DNA of 63,885 nt, filler included, from Octopus bimaculoides (lineage: Eukaryota), in the NCBI RefSeq assembly GCF_001194135.2. It is 7 parts of 7 records of this genome, joined end to end, with 100 filler letters (N's around TTAATTAATTAA, not from the genome) between each part and the next. Parts side by side here need not be neighbours in the genome. Positions count along the whole stretch, not along the records: positions 1 to 30,179 come from NC_068995.1; 6 more parts are not named here. One strand, given 5' to 3'. A program made the translations under genes and the position numbers. Position 1 is the first letter of the stretch. The number at the start of each line of letters is the position of its first letter. Shown piece after piece: positions 12,116 to 26,742 of the stretch. The notes beneath the pieces are model-generated. The model saw nothing but the letters and a program-made list of their open reading frames with translations. It had not been told where the DNA came from and did no database searches.

Positions 12116-12899
12116 GTTATACTATGAAATGTGTTTATGAATTCTCTTTTAAATAAGATTAGATTTGTTATCTGCGTCCATATACAAAGGTAGGCCTTTG
12201 ATACTGTAAGAATAATTTACATTGAAATTGGCATTACGAAAACTAGTGTCCATTTTCCGGAGACTGAATATTTCTGCTTCTCTTGATGCATAATTGTAAC
12301 CTACATCGTAATCTATCAATGGATTCTGCTTTGACTCAGTTATAGTATGTGTGTTAAGTGAAAGAAGATAAGTTTGTTGAAAAATATACAGATACAATCT
12401 TATATCGACGACACTACGTATAAAGAGCGCAATGACTTTATACGCGGACGGAAATCCGTGTCGATTTATTGGAGAGAGTGGGGCGGAGTTTGAAATGAGA
12501 AATACATTTGGAGAGAAATATAGTTAGAGTCTATAAGTTTTATATATTATGTTCATTATTTTCTCTAAGATATACTGATTGATTGAGTAGGCGAAACGCT
12601 TCCAAATGTATATCAACCGCATGTCTCACACTACACTCATTGAGGATTTAATGTTACCGCTTCACATGCACAACCACAACTGATATCATGCGAGATTCTT
12701 TTCTACAAATACTGATTTTTCCCCCTCGTTTTGTTCAGTGTTATATATGATAATCAATGTTTCTCTCCTTCATTATGCCAGTCTTAAGATGTTCTCTCTT
12801 TCTGCACTCAGTGGCTATAGTGTTGAAATATTTATTTTTGAATAACTTCGGTTATACTGCTTTGCTCCACAAAAATTAGCCAATATAACTTCTCCCCTA

Positions 12900-13430
12900 G
12901 AATCTCAGATATTTCAATTAAGTAATACACCTATGGTTAAGAACATACTTATCAATAAATGCACCAGCCAGACTAGCTTCAAGTAGGTACCAACAACAGA
13001 AACTAGCTTCAATAGAACATGTAGTAACAACGTTATGAAGATAAATTATTTGCTACATTTGAAAAATCGGTAAGCATCTCCATTATATATGAACAACAAA
13101 GTGGAGAAATTCATCGAGCTAGCTTCCTGTCGATAAATTAATTAAAGATAAAACCTTTTTGAAACGTATAGCATCTACAGTTTGATTTTTCCCTCCTATT
13201 GTTGATGTTTTTGTTGCTCTTCATCATAAGCCCTCTGTTCTACCCTGACTCAGCTGACATCATACGATCAAAGCCAACCCTGCTTTCAGAGAAATAATGT
13301 CTATTCTTGTGAGATGAGAAACTCCAAATTAGAGTCGAAAACATATCAACGTGATGTGTGACGCATCTGTTCTTGGACTTGGTGTAAGTTATCAGAAGAA
13401 TGAGTGGAAAGAATTTTAGGGCTACAAAAT
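12900..13430 (+). mobile_element. Ty3/Gypsy LTR-retrotransposon pol fossil (RT end to RNase H start)
   Basis: In order: NAPA (12958), KINYLLH...NKVEKF (cf. V.YLGH...KV..I), AFREIMSIL...KHINVMCDASVLGLG (13357; cf. TDAS..GLGAVL). Several stops. Confidence 0.6.
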
Positions 13431-15467
13431 CCAACAATCGTTACATATTTTGGCACAGTTGCATATGGTTTGGAGTTGATTTAGATATTAGTTCTTTCAC
13501 TTATGTTCGTAAGTCAACTAGTGTAATTCTATAAAGGAAACCTTTTACATAACATCTTCCTATTGAATGCCCTTTTGGTCAAATCGATTTACTTCCTGTG
13601 TCAATAATTATGTTTTCAGGGTAGTACACTTCAGTGTGAGTTTCTCGATATTCAGTTACTCTTCATGAACTTAAATAAAATCTATCATTTCTGTTTTTAT
13701 ATAATACATGTATACATACATATATACATACATGCTGACATACAAACATATATACACACTTACAAACATACATATGTGTGAGCTGGGGAATGTGTGTCTG
13801 TTTGTACGCATGTCCATATGTATGTTTTTATACACACGCACACATATGCTGATAAATTTACAAACTGTACAATGTTATATTTATCACGTTCATGCACACT
13901 CGGACGTAGATTAGTATTATCGCTGAAGTAATAGCCACACAGGAAAATTTTCTTCACAGAAAATATATATAAAAACACATTGGGCCATGAATGACGCCAT
14001 TGAATCTAGGGACACATGCGTTTTTCTATTATTGAGTGTCGCCAGCAACAAAAAGAATTTCTGATTCACAGCCTTTTAAGAAATAGTCTTATAACTACAA
14101 ACAATCATTCGTATGTATACTCTAAATTTTTCCGTTGCCATTTAAGTGGTTTCTTTTATTTTGTGTTCATAGATTCCAATTGTGAACAAGAATGTGCGTG
14201 TACATTTAAGAATGCAGTTATTCATCTGTAGAACACGTGAAAGATTATATGTGTGTTTCTGCATGCGCATGTGCGTACTGGTGTATGTATATTTACGTAG
14301 CAGGATTAACAAAGGCTATTAGAAACACACTTGTTTTCTACTGTAGATTCATAGAAATTTTTGGCCAGAGTTGGTAAAGTAACATTCATTAAAATATTTT
14401 TACCAAAACCTTTATAAAATCTAATACGATAATAAATTTGTTGCAGACGCTCACACAACACACTTCTAGGTCAAGCAAATTGAATTTGACAATACCAATA
14501 AAGTTGGTAATGACCAGTATAGACAGTTGATATCAAAATGACAGACCGGATATTATATTATCATTACATCATATTAGGATATATTAAATTATCCTATATA
14601 TATANNNNNNNNNNNNNNNNNNNNNNNNNNNNNNNNNNNNNNNNNNNNNNNNNNNNNNNNNNNNNNNNNNNNNNNNNNNNNNNNNNNNNNNNNNNNNNNN
14701 NNNNNNNNNNNNNNNNNNNNNNNNNNNNNNNNNNNNNNNNNNNNNNNNNNNNNNNNNNNNNNNNNNNNNNNNNNNNNNNNNNNNNNNNNNNNNNNNNNNN
14801 NNNNNNNNNNNNNNNNNNNNNNNNNNNNNNNNNNNNNNNNNNNNNNNNNNNNNNNNNNNNNNNNNNNNNNNNNNTATATACATATACATACACACACACA
14901 CATATATGTATATATACATATATATATATGCGTTCATATGTATATGTGTGTAGATGCGTGTGTATATGCATATGTGTGTGTGCTCGTGTGATTGTGTGCG
15001 CGTGTGATAGTATGTGTGCGTTTTTTTTTATATGTATATTTAAGTGATATTAGATATTAAAAGTGCCGATTTGAGACAGAGAAAACAGTGGGGAGTGATG
15101 GACTAAGTGAGTGGGGTTTAAATAATGCCAGGAAAGAACTATAACGTATTTATGAAGATACATATACACATGAAATGTACGTTTATCTCTCAATTTGCGA
15201 TACTCTGATAAGACGTCGCCATGATGACCACAAATATGGTTACGAGAAACCAATAATTTTACGTTCAAATACTTATGTAGCGTTAAAATAATACCCATTC
15301 AATTTCTCATGTATTTTATTTTACAAAAAAACGAGTGTTTTTATACCTATCTATCTATCAGTGTGTCTGCCTGTCTGTCCTTCTGTGTATGACTATCTAT
15401 CTATCTATCTATTTATCTATGTATGTATCTATTTAGCTCTGTCTCTCTGTCTCTCTGTTTCTCTGAT

Positions 15468-15543
<76 letters not shown>

Positions 15544-15546
15544 GAC

Positions 15547-15614
<68 letters not shown>

Positions 15615-15814
15615 GTTTCTTTCTCAGAGATCATGAATGCGATGGATATGGATATCTAACACTTCAAACTCTCAATCTCTAATGTATCTCGGACAATAAA
15701 CAATTACGTTCTCGAACCCTGACAACCCAGTTACATTCAATTCAAACAGATTCACTGGTAGCCTGTTCAGCGTGTGTTTGACTTATAGGAATTTGGGAAA
15801 AGCAATACTAACCA

Positions 15815-15918
15815 TTCGACGGACCGGCGTCCCGTCCGGGTTGGGAGCCTATACGCCAATGAAACCGGGAAACCGGCCCTTATGAGCCATGTATGGCTCG
15901 AGAATGAACAAACAACAA
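15815..15918 (+). mobile_element. 3' portion of a SINE with V-domain-like sequence
   Basis: CGACGGACCGGCGTCCCGTCCGGG resembles the V-SINE domain as recalled (GATGGACTGGCG.CC.GTCCAGG); ends in an (AAC)n-like tail. Confidence 0.5.
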
Positions 15919-16019
15919 TACTATCCGTGCATATTTATCTCTTAAGTAAATCACCTGGCTCTATTCCACCCGATATTTGGATATGTATCTACCAATAAGA
16001 TTGCACTATTGCTATATGT

Positions 16020-16900
16020 GTTGATGGATTTTTTATGATCTTTATTATATCAACTTCGGTTTTTCCCTAAACTTTGTTCCTTCTACATTCCAAGGATTTA
16101 CTTTCAACTACAAGCAACTACCCAAATATGTATACACCTGTCTCCATACCCCCTCATTTTCCCCAACCATTTATTATCCTCTCGCAACCTAGTCACACAG
16201 CTACAAAACATTCACTGTCACTATGGACAGCGAGTTCAGAAGCATCCTTTATCCAGGACATGCAAGAGTTGTCTTTCGCAATAGCAAGACAGCACAAGCA
16301 CGGCTCATACGAATAAAACCGCATCGCATAACACTCAGCTTAATCATGAGTATAACTTTGTTTGAACCCTCAAAACTGCTAAATGTTTAGTCTAAACACC
16401 ACTGATGATCTGTTTTGTAATAAGCAAATCTGTAATGTTGAAAAGAAAGCATCCCGACAGTCGAGCGTTTTCCTTATATTCAGAAAATAACGCACCATCC
16501 AATCATAATTCATACTCTACAAAACTGGGGTACGGCCCACAATAGAGTATAGTTGTTGCACTCATATATCATTAAAAAAATATCCGCAAATTAGCACACG
16601 ATTGATTCTCGAAATATCACTCATATGTAGGTTCCAGACTCTAATCCATCAACAGGTTTTCTCTCTTCTCTGTCTCATCTGTCGCTATTATAATAAACTC
16701 TGCATAAAGATGTCTCTGCCACTATCAACTCCATTTGAACATACCCGTTCTACGTTTCCCTAGTCCTCTTGTCATACTTGCGTTGTCCAAAACTGTAAGC
16801 GCTGCATAAATCCCTACGCCCAGTAGTACGCCTATCGACAATACTCTCACAGATTGTACCCTTCCTACACGTATTGACCGAGGATGGATTTTAGGGGAAG
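16020..16900 (+). mobile_element. CR1-clade LINE fossil (RT C-terminal region)
   Basis: LYKTGVRPTIEYSC (16515; cf. LYK..VRP.LEYC) and SLLCLICRYYN (cf. SLCLFYRYYNG). Many disablements. Confidence 0.7.
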
Positions 16901-16989
16901 AGTAATAAAATGAATCCCACCAATCCAGGAGAGACTACAAGAGACGTCTCATCATACTGTTTCTCCAAACAATGAAGGTAACAAAACGT

Positions 16990-17190
16990 AAAGCTATTCT
17001 ATCATATTGAGTTGGAATAGAGATATTTAATATGCACAACACTGGTAGTCCCACATGATATTTACAATTGTCGTGTAAAGACAAAGCCAACTGTCAAGCT
17101 GGGTTAATACTCACAAGGACACTATGGCGCGGAAATGTAAGAACAAACATATCCGTTCTTGACATAGTCTCCTCAATCGAGCTCTACATG
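16990..17190 (+). mobile_element. Possible APE endonuclease remnant of a CR1-like LINE
   Basis: VGIEIFNMHN (cf. GDFN.H) and SVLDIV (cf. N.LDL). Weak. Confidence 0.3.
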
Positions 17191-17854
17191 TTACCATACT
17201 CAAAACAATTATTATCTTAATATTTCTGAAATTATGAATGATTTCGAAGTAAGTTATTAGCGAATGCTATTACTATATTTTGTCTCAGCAGTCTATGAAT
17301 GAGAAAGACATACTCATTCAAATATTGTTTGTATACGTGTCTACATACATACATATATAGNNNNNNNNNNNNNNNNNNNNNNNNNNNNNNNNNNNNNNNN
17401 NNNNNNNNNNNNNNNNNNNNNNNNNNNNNNNNNNNNNNNNNNNNNNNNNNNNNNNNNNNNNNNNNNNNNNNNNNNNNNNNNNNNNNNNNNNNNNNNNNNN
17501 NNNNNNNNNNNNNNNNNNNNNNNNNNNNNNNNNNNNNNNNNNNNNNNNNNNNNNNNNNNNNNNNNNNNNNNNNNNNNNNNNNNNNNNNNNNNNNNNNNNN
17601 NNNNNNNNNNNNNNNNNNNNNNNNNNNNNNNNNNNNNNNNNNNNNNNNNNNNNNNNNNNNNNNNNNNNNNNNNNNNNNNNNNNNNNNNNNNNNNNNNNNN
17701 NNNNNNNNNNNNNNNNNNNNNNNNNNNNNNNNNNNNNNNNNNNNNNNNNNNNNNNNNNNNNNNNNNNNNNNNNNNNNNNNNNNNNNNNNNNNNNNNNNNN
17801 NNNNNNNNNNNNNNNNNNNNNNNNNNNNNNNNNNNNNNNNNNNNNNNNNNNNNN

Positions 17855-17888
<34 letters not shown>

Positions 17889-19503
17889 TATATATACGTA
17901 AACAAATGTATATCTTCACACGCTTAGACGTCTTTTTTTCTATGTATCTAAGTATATATGTGTATGCATGTGTGTATAAACACACATTTATAACTGATGA
18001 ACCATTGAAAGAATATGTCTCTTGCCTATACATAGAACTATGCGTGTATAAATTGTTAATATCCTACATTTTAATATATGACATGTTAAATTGCACCTAA
18101 CGTGTCCCCCGCTGCAATAGAATCAGTTGTTTAATGGCTTTTTGTCTGTTTTCTTTGTTCAACATTAATTCAATGGAAATTTTGTTGACATTTTTATTGT
18201 TGCCATGTTTGTTATGGTTTCGTTGCTGAATTTATTTTTTATTCTTTCTTGTTATTGTTTCTGTTCGAAATACGTTTTCTTAAATGTTTGTTACAACCTT
18301 TTTCATCCGTTTCATTTAACTACATTTTACATTTTAGTAAAACCCCATTTACGTTACTAAATCTTCTTGGTGCATTTTAGTTCAAACAATTGCAAACATT
18401 TATCACAAATAACTTAAAATAAATGAATTGAAGAGAAAATATAGTAAATAATGTTGCATAAGAAATAATCGAGGAAAATGTCTATATTAGCATTGGCAAA
18501 ATGTCGCAATAAAATACACGCATAATCATTCGCAAACACTCACACACACACGCCCCCCCCCACGTACACACACACACTCAGAAATATATACATATGTGTG
18601 TGTATATGAATGTTTATTGCAAACACGCAAATAGAAGTATATACACACATATATATATACAAATATATATACACATATATATCCATTCATACACACATGC
18701 TTACACATACAAATTCATACACGCATATGTATATATATGTGTATATATATATATACATATTCATACACACACATTCAAACACACATTCACGCACGCAACA
18801 TACACGCATAAATGAATGTGTTTGTATATGGATGTTCACTGTACTAACGCACACAGACAAGCAGAGACACACACGCACCCACGGACGAACATACAGAAAG
18901 ACAGACACACACATTCACATATATACGATAGTAGAACTTATGTGTGCATGCATACGTGGAGAAGTAAATCTAATCACTTAATGGATGAGAGTTAGTAAAA
19001 CAGAAATATGATCATTCAATTTTCTCTTAGGTTATACGGTACTTTTATGTAGTACAGTGTAAACTTGACGAATCCTATACAAGTCAGTTTACATCAAATA
19101 ACAAGAAAGATCGCTCTCTCGAAGGTCAAATAGAAAAACTTCTGGTTGTTATTGTTCTTCTTGTGGCTGTTTAGTTTCAATACAATCCTGATCAAATAGA
19201 CTAATGATCACAAACATTCCGGCAATGACCAATCCGTATGTTTATAAATATGTCGAGAACTATATTAAGGAATGTGTTCTTTCTTGAATATGGTAGCTTG
19301 CGATTTGAGTGAGTTTTGGAGTTTTGGTTTCTAAGCCGACAGTGTAAGGTATTCCTTGTTGAAGATAATTGGATGGTTTTTGATGTGCAGAGGTTAGAAG
19401 TAAAGACAAGTTAGAATTTCAAGTCGGGATTATGACTAGGATACGATATTTGTACTTTTGCACAAAGTATCGTCTGTCAAAACATACGAAAATCATCATC
19501 ATC

Positions 19504-19535
<32 letters not shown>

Positions 19536-19561
19536 CATCATTCAATCATTTATTCATTCAT

Positions 19562-19618
19562 CCATTCATTCATTCAGGTCACTGCCTGGAATCGAACTCG
19601 GAATCTTGGGTTTAGTAG
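19562..19618 (-). mobile_element. tRNA-derived SINE head followed by (GAAT)n/(GAT)n tail
   Basis: Minus strand ...ACTACTAAACCCAAGATTCCGAGTTCGATTCCAGGCAGTGACC contains a perfect B-box (GTTCGATTC). No complete cloverleaf. Confidence 0.6.
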
Positions 19619-19619
19619 T

Positions 19620-20300
19620 CCATATGCTACTCATATCTGCACTCAGTCTGCTTAAGAGATAAGTGTTTTGTCCTAACATATGTGCTGCTTATTTTAGTTT
19701 TCGTATTTACCGTGGTGTTCTCTGTCTATTATGTTAACTTCATCCCACAGGAGGAGGTGGTCTCCATTTTCCCATACATGATCAGCTATACTCGATTTAT
19801 CAATAACTCCTCGTGTCACAGCGTTGTGATGTTCGTCTACCCTTATTTTGACGGGTGGCATATTTTGCCTTTGTATAACCTACCACAGCTCCATGGGATG
19901 GAGTACACCCGGTCTTTAGCCATATTCTCTTCTATTGGTGGTATATTCGAAGGAGATATTTGTGAAGTGTTGTATTACTCTTAAATACTGTCCTGATGTC
20001 ATATGGGCCGCATATTTTTTTGTATCTTTTCGGAGAGGTCTTTCACATAGAACAAATATCCATCAAATGTAAAGAATGTAAATAATGTACAGAATTCCTT
20101 AAACATAGAACTGAAATACTTATAGTGATGTCCTATCGTGATATAGCTGTGCTCTTCCAGAAAAAAAAATAGGCTTAGAGATGCAAACGATCTTCCTGGA
20201 TACGAAAGGTATTTTGGATGCACGATGGGATTGTTTAGAGTTGACTTATAGTAGGAAATGCGAAACTCTCGAAGACATACATAGACGTTTCCAACTGTCA
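19620..20300 (-). mobile_element. Penelope-like element 3' part (GIY-YIG endonuclease)
   Basis: VYSIPWSCGRLYKG...RVDEHHNAVTRGVIDKSSIADHVWENGDHLLLWDEVNIIDRE. Same family as 54497-54775. Confidence 0.9.
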
Positions 20301-20599
20301 AGTACCGACTGAATTTACCAAAAATGTCAAACTGAATTTGGAGTGATGTGTTTTCCAGATTGTACTTGTAATATTGTTTAGGTTAAATGACAAAGATATG
20401 CAAGGTTTTCCACAATTCACTCTCATAGCGTACTCAGCTCAAATATGTGATCTGCACAGCAACTAAGTATCAACAAATAAGATGCGAATAGTATATAATG
20501 GCTGCGCAAGAGACAAAACGTCCGATTTGATTAGTCAGCCCAATAAGTTTTATTCTTATATGCCAGAGTTTTTTGGTGAGCTCTTGGCAAAGGTCTATC

Positions 20600-21545
20600 A
20601 CAACTCGCGGCAAAACAGGAATATTCCTCGATCTGTTAGTCGAGGTTTGTTAATTGGCTGAAAAAAGAAAAAAAACGGTAATGCAGGGAATATTATAGAC
20701 CACTTTTGGCCATAACTATACTAGATGCAGATTTCAAAATTTTGGACTAGGTGCTGGCAAAGAAAGAAGTTGGTGTTTTTTGTGGTCAGAGAAGCTTAAA
20801 CGTGTGCGGTGCCCAGTAAATCCATCTACAACAACCTCCACTTCATGTGTTGCATCAAAGATGGAATATATAGCAAATATGATATCTATGATGCTGTGAT
20901 CAATCTGGATAAGTCCAACGACTTCGACAGCATCGAATATCGTAACTTTGGGAGAAATCCCGATGGCAGCCGGTTTCGGGCCCTTTTCAGTGCAAGCATC
21001 ACAGCAATGAACTCTAGCGCTTGCTGGGTGATGAAAGTAAACGCCCCATTCTCAGAAGCGTTTCATATCTCGCGCTCGATCAGTCAGTGGTGCTTGTTCT
21101 CTCAGGTTATGGTTACCTGCTGGCGCTAGAGCCGTTACTGCGGAGCAGAAACTCTCGAGACGATCCCACTTCTTTACTCATGTTTACTCATACTGAACTG
21201 GAATGTGGAAGAGCTGTTTCAATTTATGTGTATAAGACCGCGCTCATGATGTCAGAGTCTGAAGAAGTTCAGGTTGTCGATTCCAATTTCAAGGAACACG
21301 AAGCGATGGCAGGTGCTAAGTTAAATCCGGAGAAGTTGGTAGGCCTGTGGTTCGGCAACTGGAGAGAAAGACAGTGCACACGAAAAATAGTGTAGGTCAC
21401 TGTACAAACAAACTAGTGAAATCATTCGGTGTCTGGAGTTACCCGGTGTTCCTGGTGGACAAGGACTAGGATGAAGTTACAAACACGATGGCCAGTCTCA
21501 GAAACAGACCGACAAGAAATTATCTCGGAAAGGTCGAAAAGAGTT
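20600..21545 (+). mobile_element. L1/Tx1-clade LINE RT fossil
   Basis: ITILDADFKIL, SIYNNLHFM, INLDKSNDFD, FHISRSISQWC...LALEPLLR and AGAKLNPEKLVGLWFGNWR: Tx1-type RT motifs with frameshifts. Confidence 0.85.
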
Positions 21546-21566
21546 TCCCTTTTATGAAGAGGACTG

Positions 21567-21611
<45 letters not shown>

Positions 21612-22675
21612 TGTGTGTCTGCGTGTGCGCGTGTGTGTGCATGCATTTTAATAACAAACTAAAGTGCAGAGACAGTGTGTATGTTAGTAATGTGCTAATA
21701 GCTTTATGGTTATATATATTCATATATTCTGTGTAATTAGTCACTGCAGTAAAGCCACAATTCTTTCTCTCTTCTACACTCTCTCCCCCTCTCTCGCACT
21801 CTATTTCTCTCTCTGTTTTCCCTGTTTCTCTCTCTCTCTTTCCCTCCCTCCATCTCTCTCACTCTCTCTCTCTCTCTTTCGACTAATTTCGACTGGTGCA
21901 TTATCCTCATAACTGGAGTGTCCACATACAGTTTTGCACTAGAAACGCAGGATTGTAAAAACAAATCTTCAATGAGAAACAAGCTATGGCAATTCATTTG
22001 CGCACCACTTCATTATATGTAATCGCTTTATAAAACGATAAAGCTCAATTACTGAATAGATTAAGCATAAATTATAAATAAGCTAAAATTATTCTCAATT
22101 TATTAACACACACGCTGCGGGTAAACGTACTGATAGAAATATGTCACAGAAAGTGGGTATTTCACGTTTTTTTTTTTTTTCTAAATATTGCTATACAGTT
22201 TCCTCTCTCTGCAGCACGAACACGGGTAGAGACTTTTAATGAATGTCAATAACCAGTCGAAAATATTTGAGCTTTTGTCAGGTCCATCCTGAGTCCTGTG
22301 GTTCATACATGGCTTCTGCATACAAAACGAAATGGTATGCTTGTGATATGTACGCATGTGAACTTATTCACCAATATGCTGATATATAAAAATATANNNN
22401 NNNNNNNNNNNNNNNNNNNNNNNNNNNNNNNNNNNNNNNNNNNNNNNNNNNNNNNNNNNNNNNNNNNNNNNNNNNNNNNNNNNNNNNNNNNNNNNNNNNN
22501 NNNNNNNNNNNNNNNNNNNNNNNNNNNNNNNNNNNNNNNNNNNNNNNNNNNNNNNNNNNNNNNNNNNNNNNNNNNNNNNNNNNNNNNNNNNNNNNNNNNN
22601 NNNNNNNNNNNNNNNNNNNNNNNNNNNNNNNNNNNNNNNNNNNNNNNNNNNNNNNNNNNNNNNNNNNNNNNNNNN

Positions 22676-22715
<40 letters not shown>

Positions 22716-23579
22716 TGTTTGTACATTCATATATGTGCGAAAACGGGAAACAATATACATTAATTGAATTTCTGACTACGATGAAGTTACATGCTGTGAC
22801 TAGGATTGACGTTTGGTAATTAATGATTAGTCCACAGTACATACATTAACAGATTATTAATTGATAAGCTATTGATTAGAAAGGAATTTCTATTATTTAT
22901 TATCTTTTCTTTAGTTTCCAGAACAAAGGATCAGATTTACATCAGGATATAGACAGGATGAGAAGAAAACGAATCAATTTAAATAGAATTGAATACAAAC
23001 GTTTATTTGAAATATAATGATAATATATGTATATATATATATATATGTATATATAACATCAGATTGTATCATAGTGGAATCATGTAAGCTGTTTCAAAAC
23101 AACCTCATATAAACTGGTGTAGTAGCTTCCTTTATTTTGTAAGAGTATCAAATCATTTATCTGTTTATTAGCTTATTTGCTTATTTGTGATATTTCATCT
23201 AATAATTTTGCTTAAATAATGTATGGCGGAAGACATTCGAAATATACCGATGCATCAGCCTTGTTACGATCCTTTATGTTCTGAACTCAAATCTTGCCAG
23301 CATCAACTTTGCATTCAGTATTTCTAAGGACGGGAAAACAAAGCGTGGAGACATAGTCGGGTTGTTAAGATTTCGTAATTAAATGCCTTCGGGGCTCAAG
23401 GGCCATGGATTGCATTTTGAAGATGTGTCTACTACCATAATTTTGCGTTCAGAAAAAAAACATCGTAAATATGATTGGGACGGTTCCTGATCTTGGGTTG
23501 CAGACATAATTACTGATATATTTAAACAACACTGATTTACAACTTTATCAATAGAGGGTACACATATATATACTTAAAT

Positions 23580-23621
<42 letters not shown>

Positions 23622-24722
23622 ACACATACATTCATGCATAAATACATACATATGTGTATGCTTGTGTGTGTGTACGTGTATGTGTGTATGTGTGTGTGTG
23701 CCGGTGTGCATGTTTATATTTATGTATGTATCTATACGTTATAAATGTTCATAATAATATGTGCGTGTGTCGAAAAAATGAGAGCTACCTAAAAAGAAAC
23801 AAACAGGAAAAGGGATGAACCATTTCTATGTCTTATAAAAATTATTTATTCGTATACACACTTTCTAACTAATGTATTATACACAATAAGAGTGCATTTG
23901 AACCCAATGTAGTGATGATGACTGGGTCAAATCAACAACACAACTTCAGAGTTCATATATCTAAAACCGTTCATTATTGCAATAAATATTTTGTCTGTTT
24001 TATTACAAAGAAATGATTATAACATATGAAAGAGTTTAGTCTGTGAGGCCATATTAATAAGAAAATACAATGCAAATCTGATGTTAGAAGCAATGCACGA
24101 ATGCATCTTAAACCACTAACGCTGGTAATACATTTACTGAACATTAAAAAAAATACACATTCATCGGTTAAAACGAAATTTGAATCACAAGTTCCGAAAA
24201 ATAATAAATCCTTATACTAAAGTGTCAATTAAAATAGAAAACACTTGTCGAGAAAATGAGGAACAGTATATTATTAAACGTCTCTGGATCTTGATACGGT
24301 AAGTTTCTATAATACTCGACGATAGCTGTTGTATATTGATGAATATTGTGCAATAAACTAAAATATAATACAGGAATGAAAGAAAAGATGATTCAATTCA
24401 TACTTGACTGCATATGTTATACATGGACACAAGTATATNNNNNNNNNNNNNNNNNNNNNNNNNNNNNNNNNNNNNNNNNNNNNNNNNNNNNNNNNNNNNN
24501 NNNNNNNNNNNNNNNNNNNNNNNNNNNNNNNNNNNNNNNNNNNNNNNNNNNNNNNNNNNNNNNNNNNNNNNNNNNNNNNNNNNNNNNNNNNNNNNNNNNN
24601 NNNNNNNNNNNNTATATATATATATATATATATATACATATATATATTCCTTTACGTGGACACATACAGACACACGCAAACACACAAATACAAATATGTA
24701 TATATGTATATATATGTATATA

Positions 24723-24753
<31 letters not shown>

Positions 24754-24887
24754 GAGGTACTTATAAACAATTTCTCGCCATTTAATTACTAACTGCTGTT
24801 TTGCGTACGTAGTTATACAAGTATTTCAATTCTACTTATATCTTCCTCTACCATTATGAATATTTTAGTGTTCTTGTATTTATCTGG

Positions 24888-24945
<58 letters not shown>

Positions 24946-25444
24946 TTACATAGTACGGAAATGCATACATACATACATACATGCAAACATACATATACAT
25001 AGAAAGGTATATATTGAGACAGACATAGGGTGGAATGGTCAGATGGGTGGATGAGCAAGTAGATTGATTAATTGATATGGCAATTGCAGACAACATATAT
25101 TTCCTTTTCAACTTTAAATTTAAACAAGATGAGTACAGTTGGTAAATTCTGTTTTCGTTCGAACATAGGAAATATTATAAATTATTGCATTTGAAGTCAT
25201 TCAATTTCACGCCGTATGAAGAAACAGTTATAAATATTTATGATTACTTATTTAGCTATTTTGCTATATTTTAATATCATACCAAGAAATAAATTAATTT
25301 AACAAAATACATGAAACAAATGTATAAACACACATACACACATACATATGTATAAATACATATATACATACAAACACACACACGTGTATATATATATATC
25401 CATACCTATGTATTTAGATCGATAGATAGATATAAGTATATATA

Positions 25445-25485
<41 letters not shown>

Positions 25486-26354
25486 NNNNNNNNNNNNNNN
25501 NNNNNNNNNNNNNNNNNNNNNNNNNNNNNNNNNNNNNNNNNNNNNNNNNNNNNNNNNNNNNNNNNNNNNNNNNNNNNNNNNNNNNNNNNNNNNNNNNNNN
25601 NNNNNNNNNNNNNNNNNNNNNNNNNNNNNNNNNNNNNNNNNNNNNNNNNNNNNNNNNNNNNNNNNNNNNNNNNNNNNNNNNNNNNNNNNNNNNNNNNNNN
25701 NNNNNNNNNNNNNNNNNNNNNNNNNNNNNNNNNNNNNNNNNNNNNNNNNNNNNNNNNNNNNNNNNNNNNNNNNNNNNNNNNNNNNNNNNNNNNNNNNNNN
25801 NNNNNNNNNNNNNNNNNNNNNNNNNNNNNNNNNNNNNNNNNNNNNNNNNNNNNNATATATATATACATATATATACATACATATATATAGTGTTTAATAC
25901 TGTGGTATTGATGTTAATTATTTATCATAACATAGTCTTAGATAAAGATGAGTTTGTTTTTTTTTCTTTTTATAACCGTTTGAGTTTCACGTACACGAAA
26001 GTGTGAGAAATATGCAGTCATTTGACATTATTGAAGTATTTATCAGAAAAAAATCTCCCTCTAGAACTGTTTTAGAAAGAAAAACAGCAATGATAGTATT
26101 TAATTCCAATCTTATGACTTTAAAAACAAAATGTAAAAGAACTTGTTTCGGTATTATCAAATATCTTGAAGCAATCACGATTAATTCAGTTGGTTAGACT
26201 GGTATATAGAAACACAGCTCCCGAAACGAAGCTCGATATAAATATTAATGAATAGGTTTGAAGTCAAATACTTCTCTGTAAAGATAGATAAAACGGTAAG
26301 ACTTTACATATGATATTCAGGGAGTATCAATTGCGAGTTTCGAAGAAATTATTG

Positions 26355-26742
26355 GTTTGAAGACAACAATTTCAGGCAGGAGGTAATTCGATTATATCGA
26401 ACTCAGTATTTAGCTGGTACTTATTTTATCGACTCTGAAACGATGAAAAGCACAGGGAACCTAGGCGGAATTTGAACTCAGAACGTAAAGACGGACGAAA
26501 TGCAGCTAGGTATTTTGTCCGTCGTGCTAACTATTCTGCCAGCTCACCACCGTCAGAGTACCAAAGTAATTAGTTGCTTCATATTTTAGCACAGTACCAG
26601 CATGTTTGGAGGAAGTGATAAGTTGATTAAATCCGAAAGGCAAAATCGACCTCAGTGAAATTTGGACTCAACAAAAGCATAAACGAAATGCCGCTAAGCA
26701 TTTTGTCCGGTGTGCTAACGATTCTGCCAGCTCACCACCTTA
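26355..26742 (-). mobile_element. Two tandem SINE family A copies; the second is flanked by an 18-bp TSD
   Basis: GGAATTTGAACTCAGAACGTAAAGACGGACGAAATG and CTGCCAGCTCACCAC. TSD AGAGTACCAAAGTAATTA (26555-26572) / AGAGTAACAAAGTAATTA (26743-26760). Confidence 0.85.

Noticed and set aside
17988-18025. CTGATGA-ACCATT-GAAA hammerhead-like string
   Set aside because: No stem II and only marginal stems I and III; expected by chance.
20969-20990. Minus-strand CTGAAAA-GGGCCC-GAAA-CCGG
   Set aside because: Lies inside L1/Tx1 RT coding sequence, has a mutated core and lacks U16.1.
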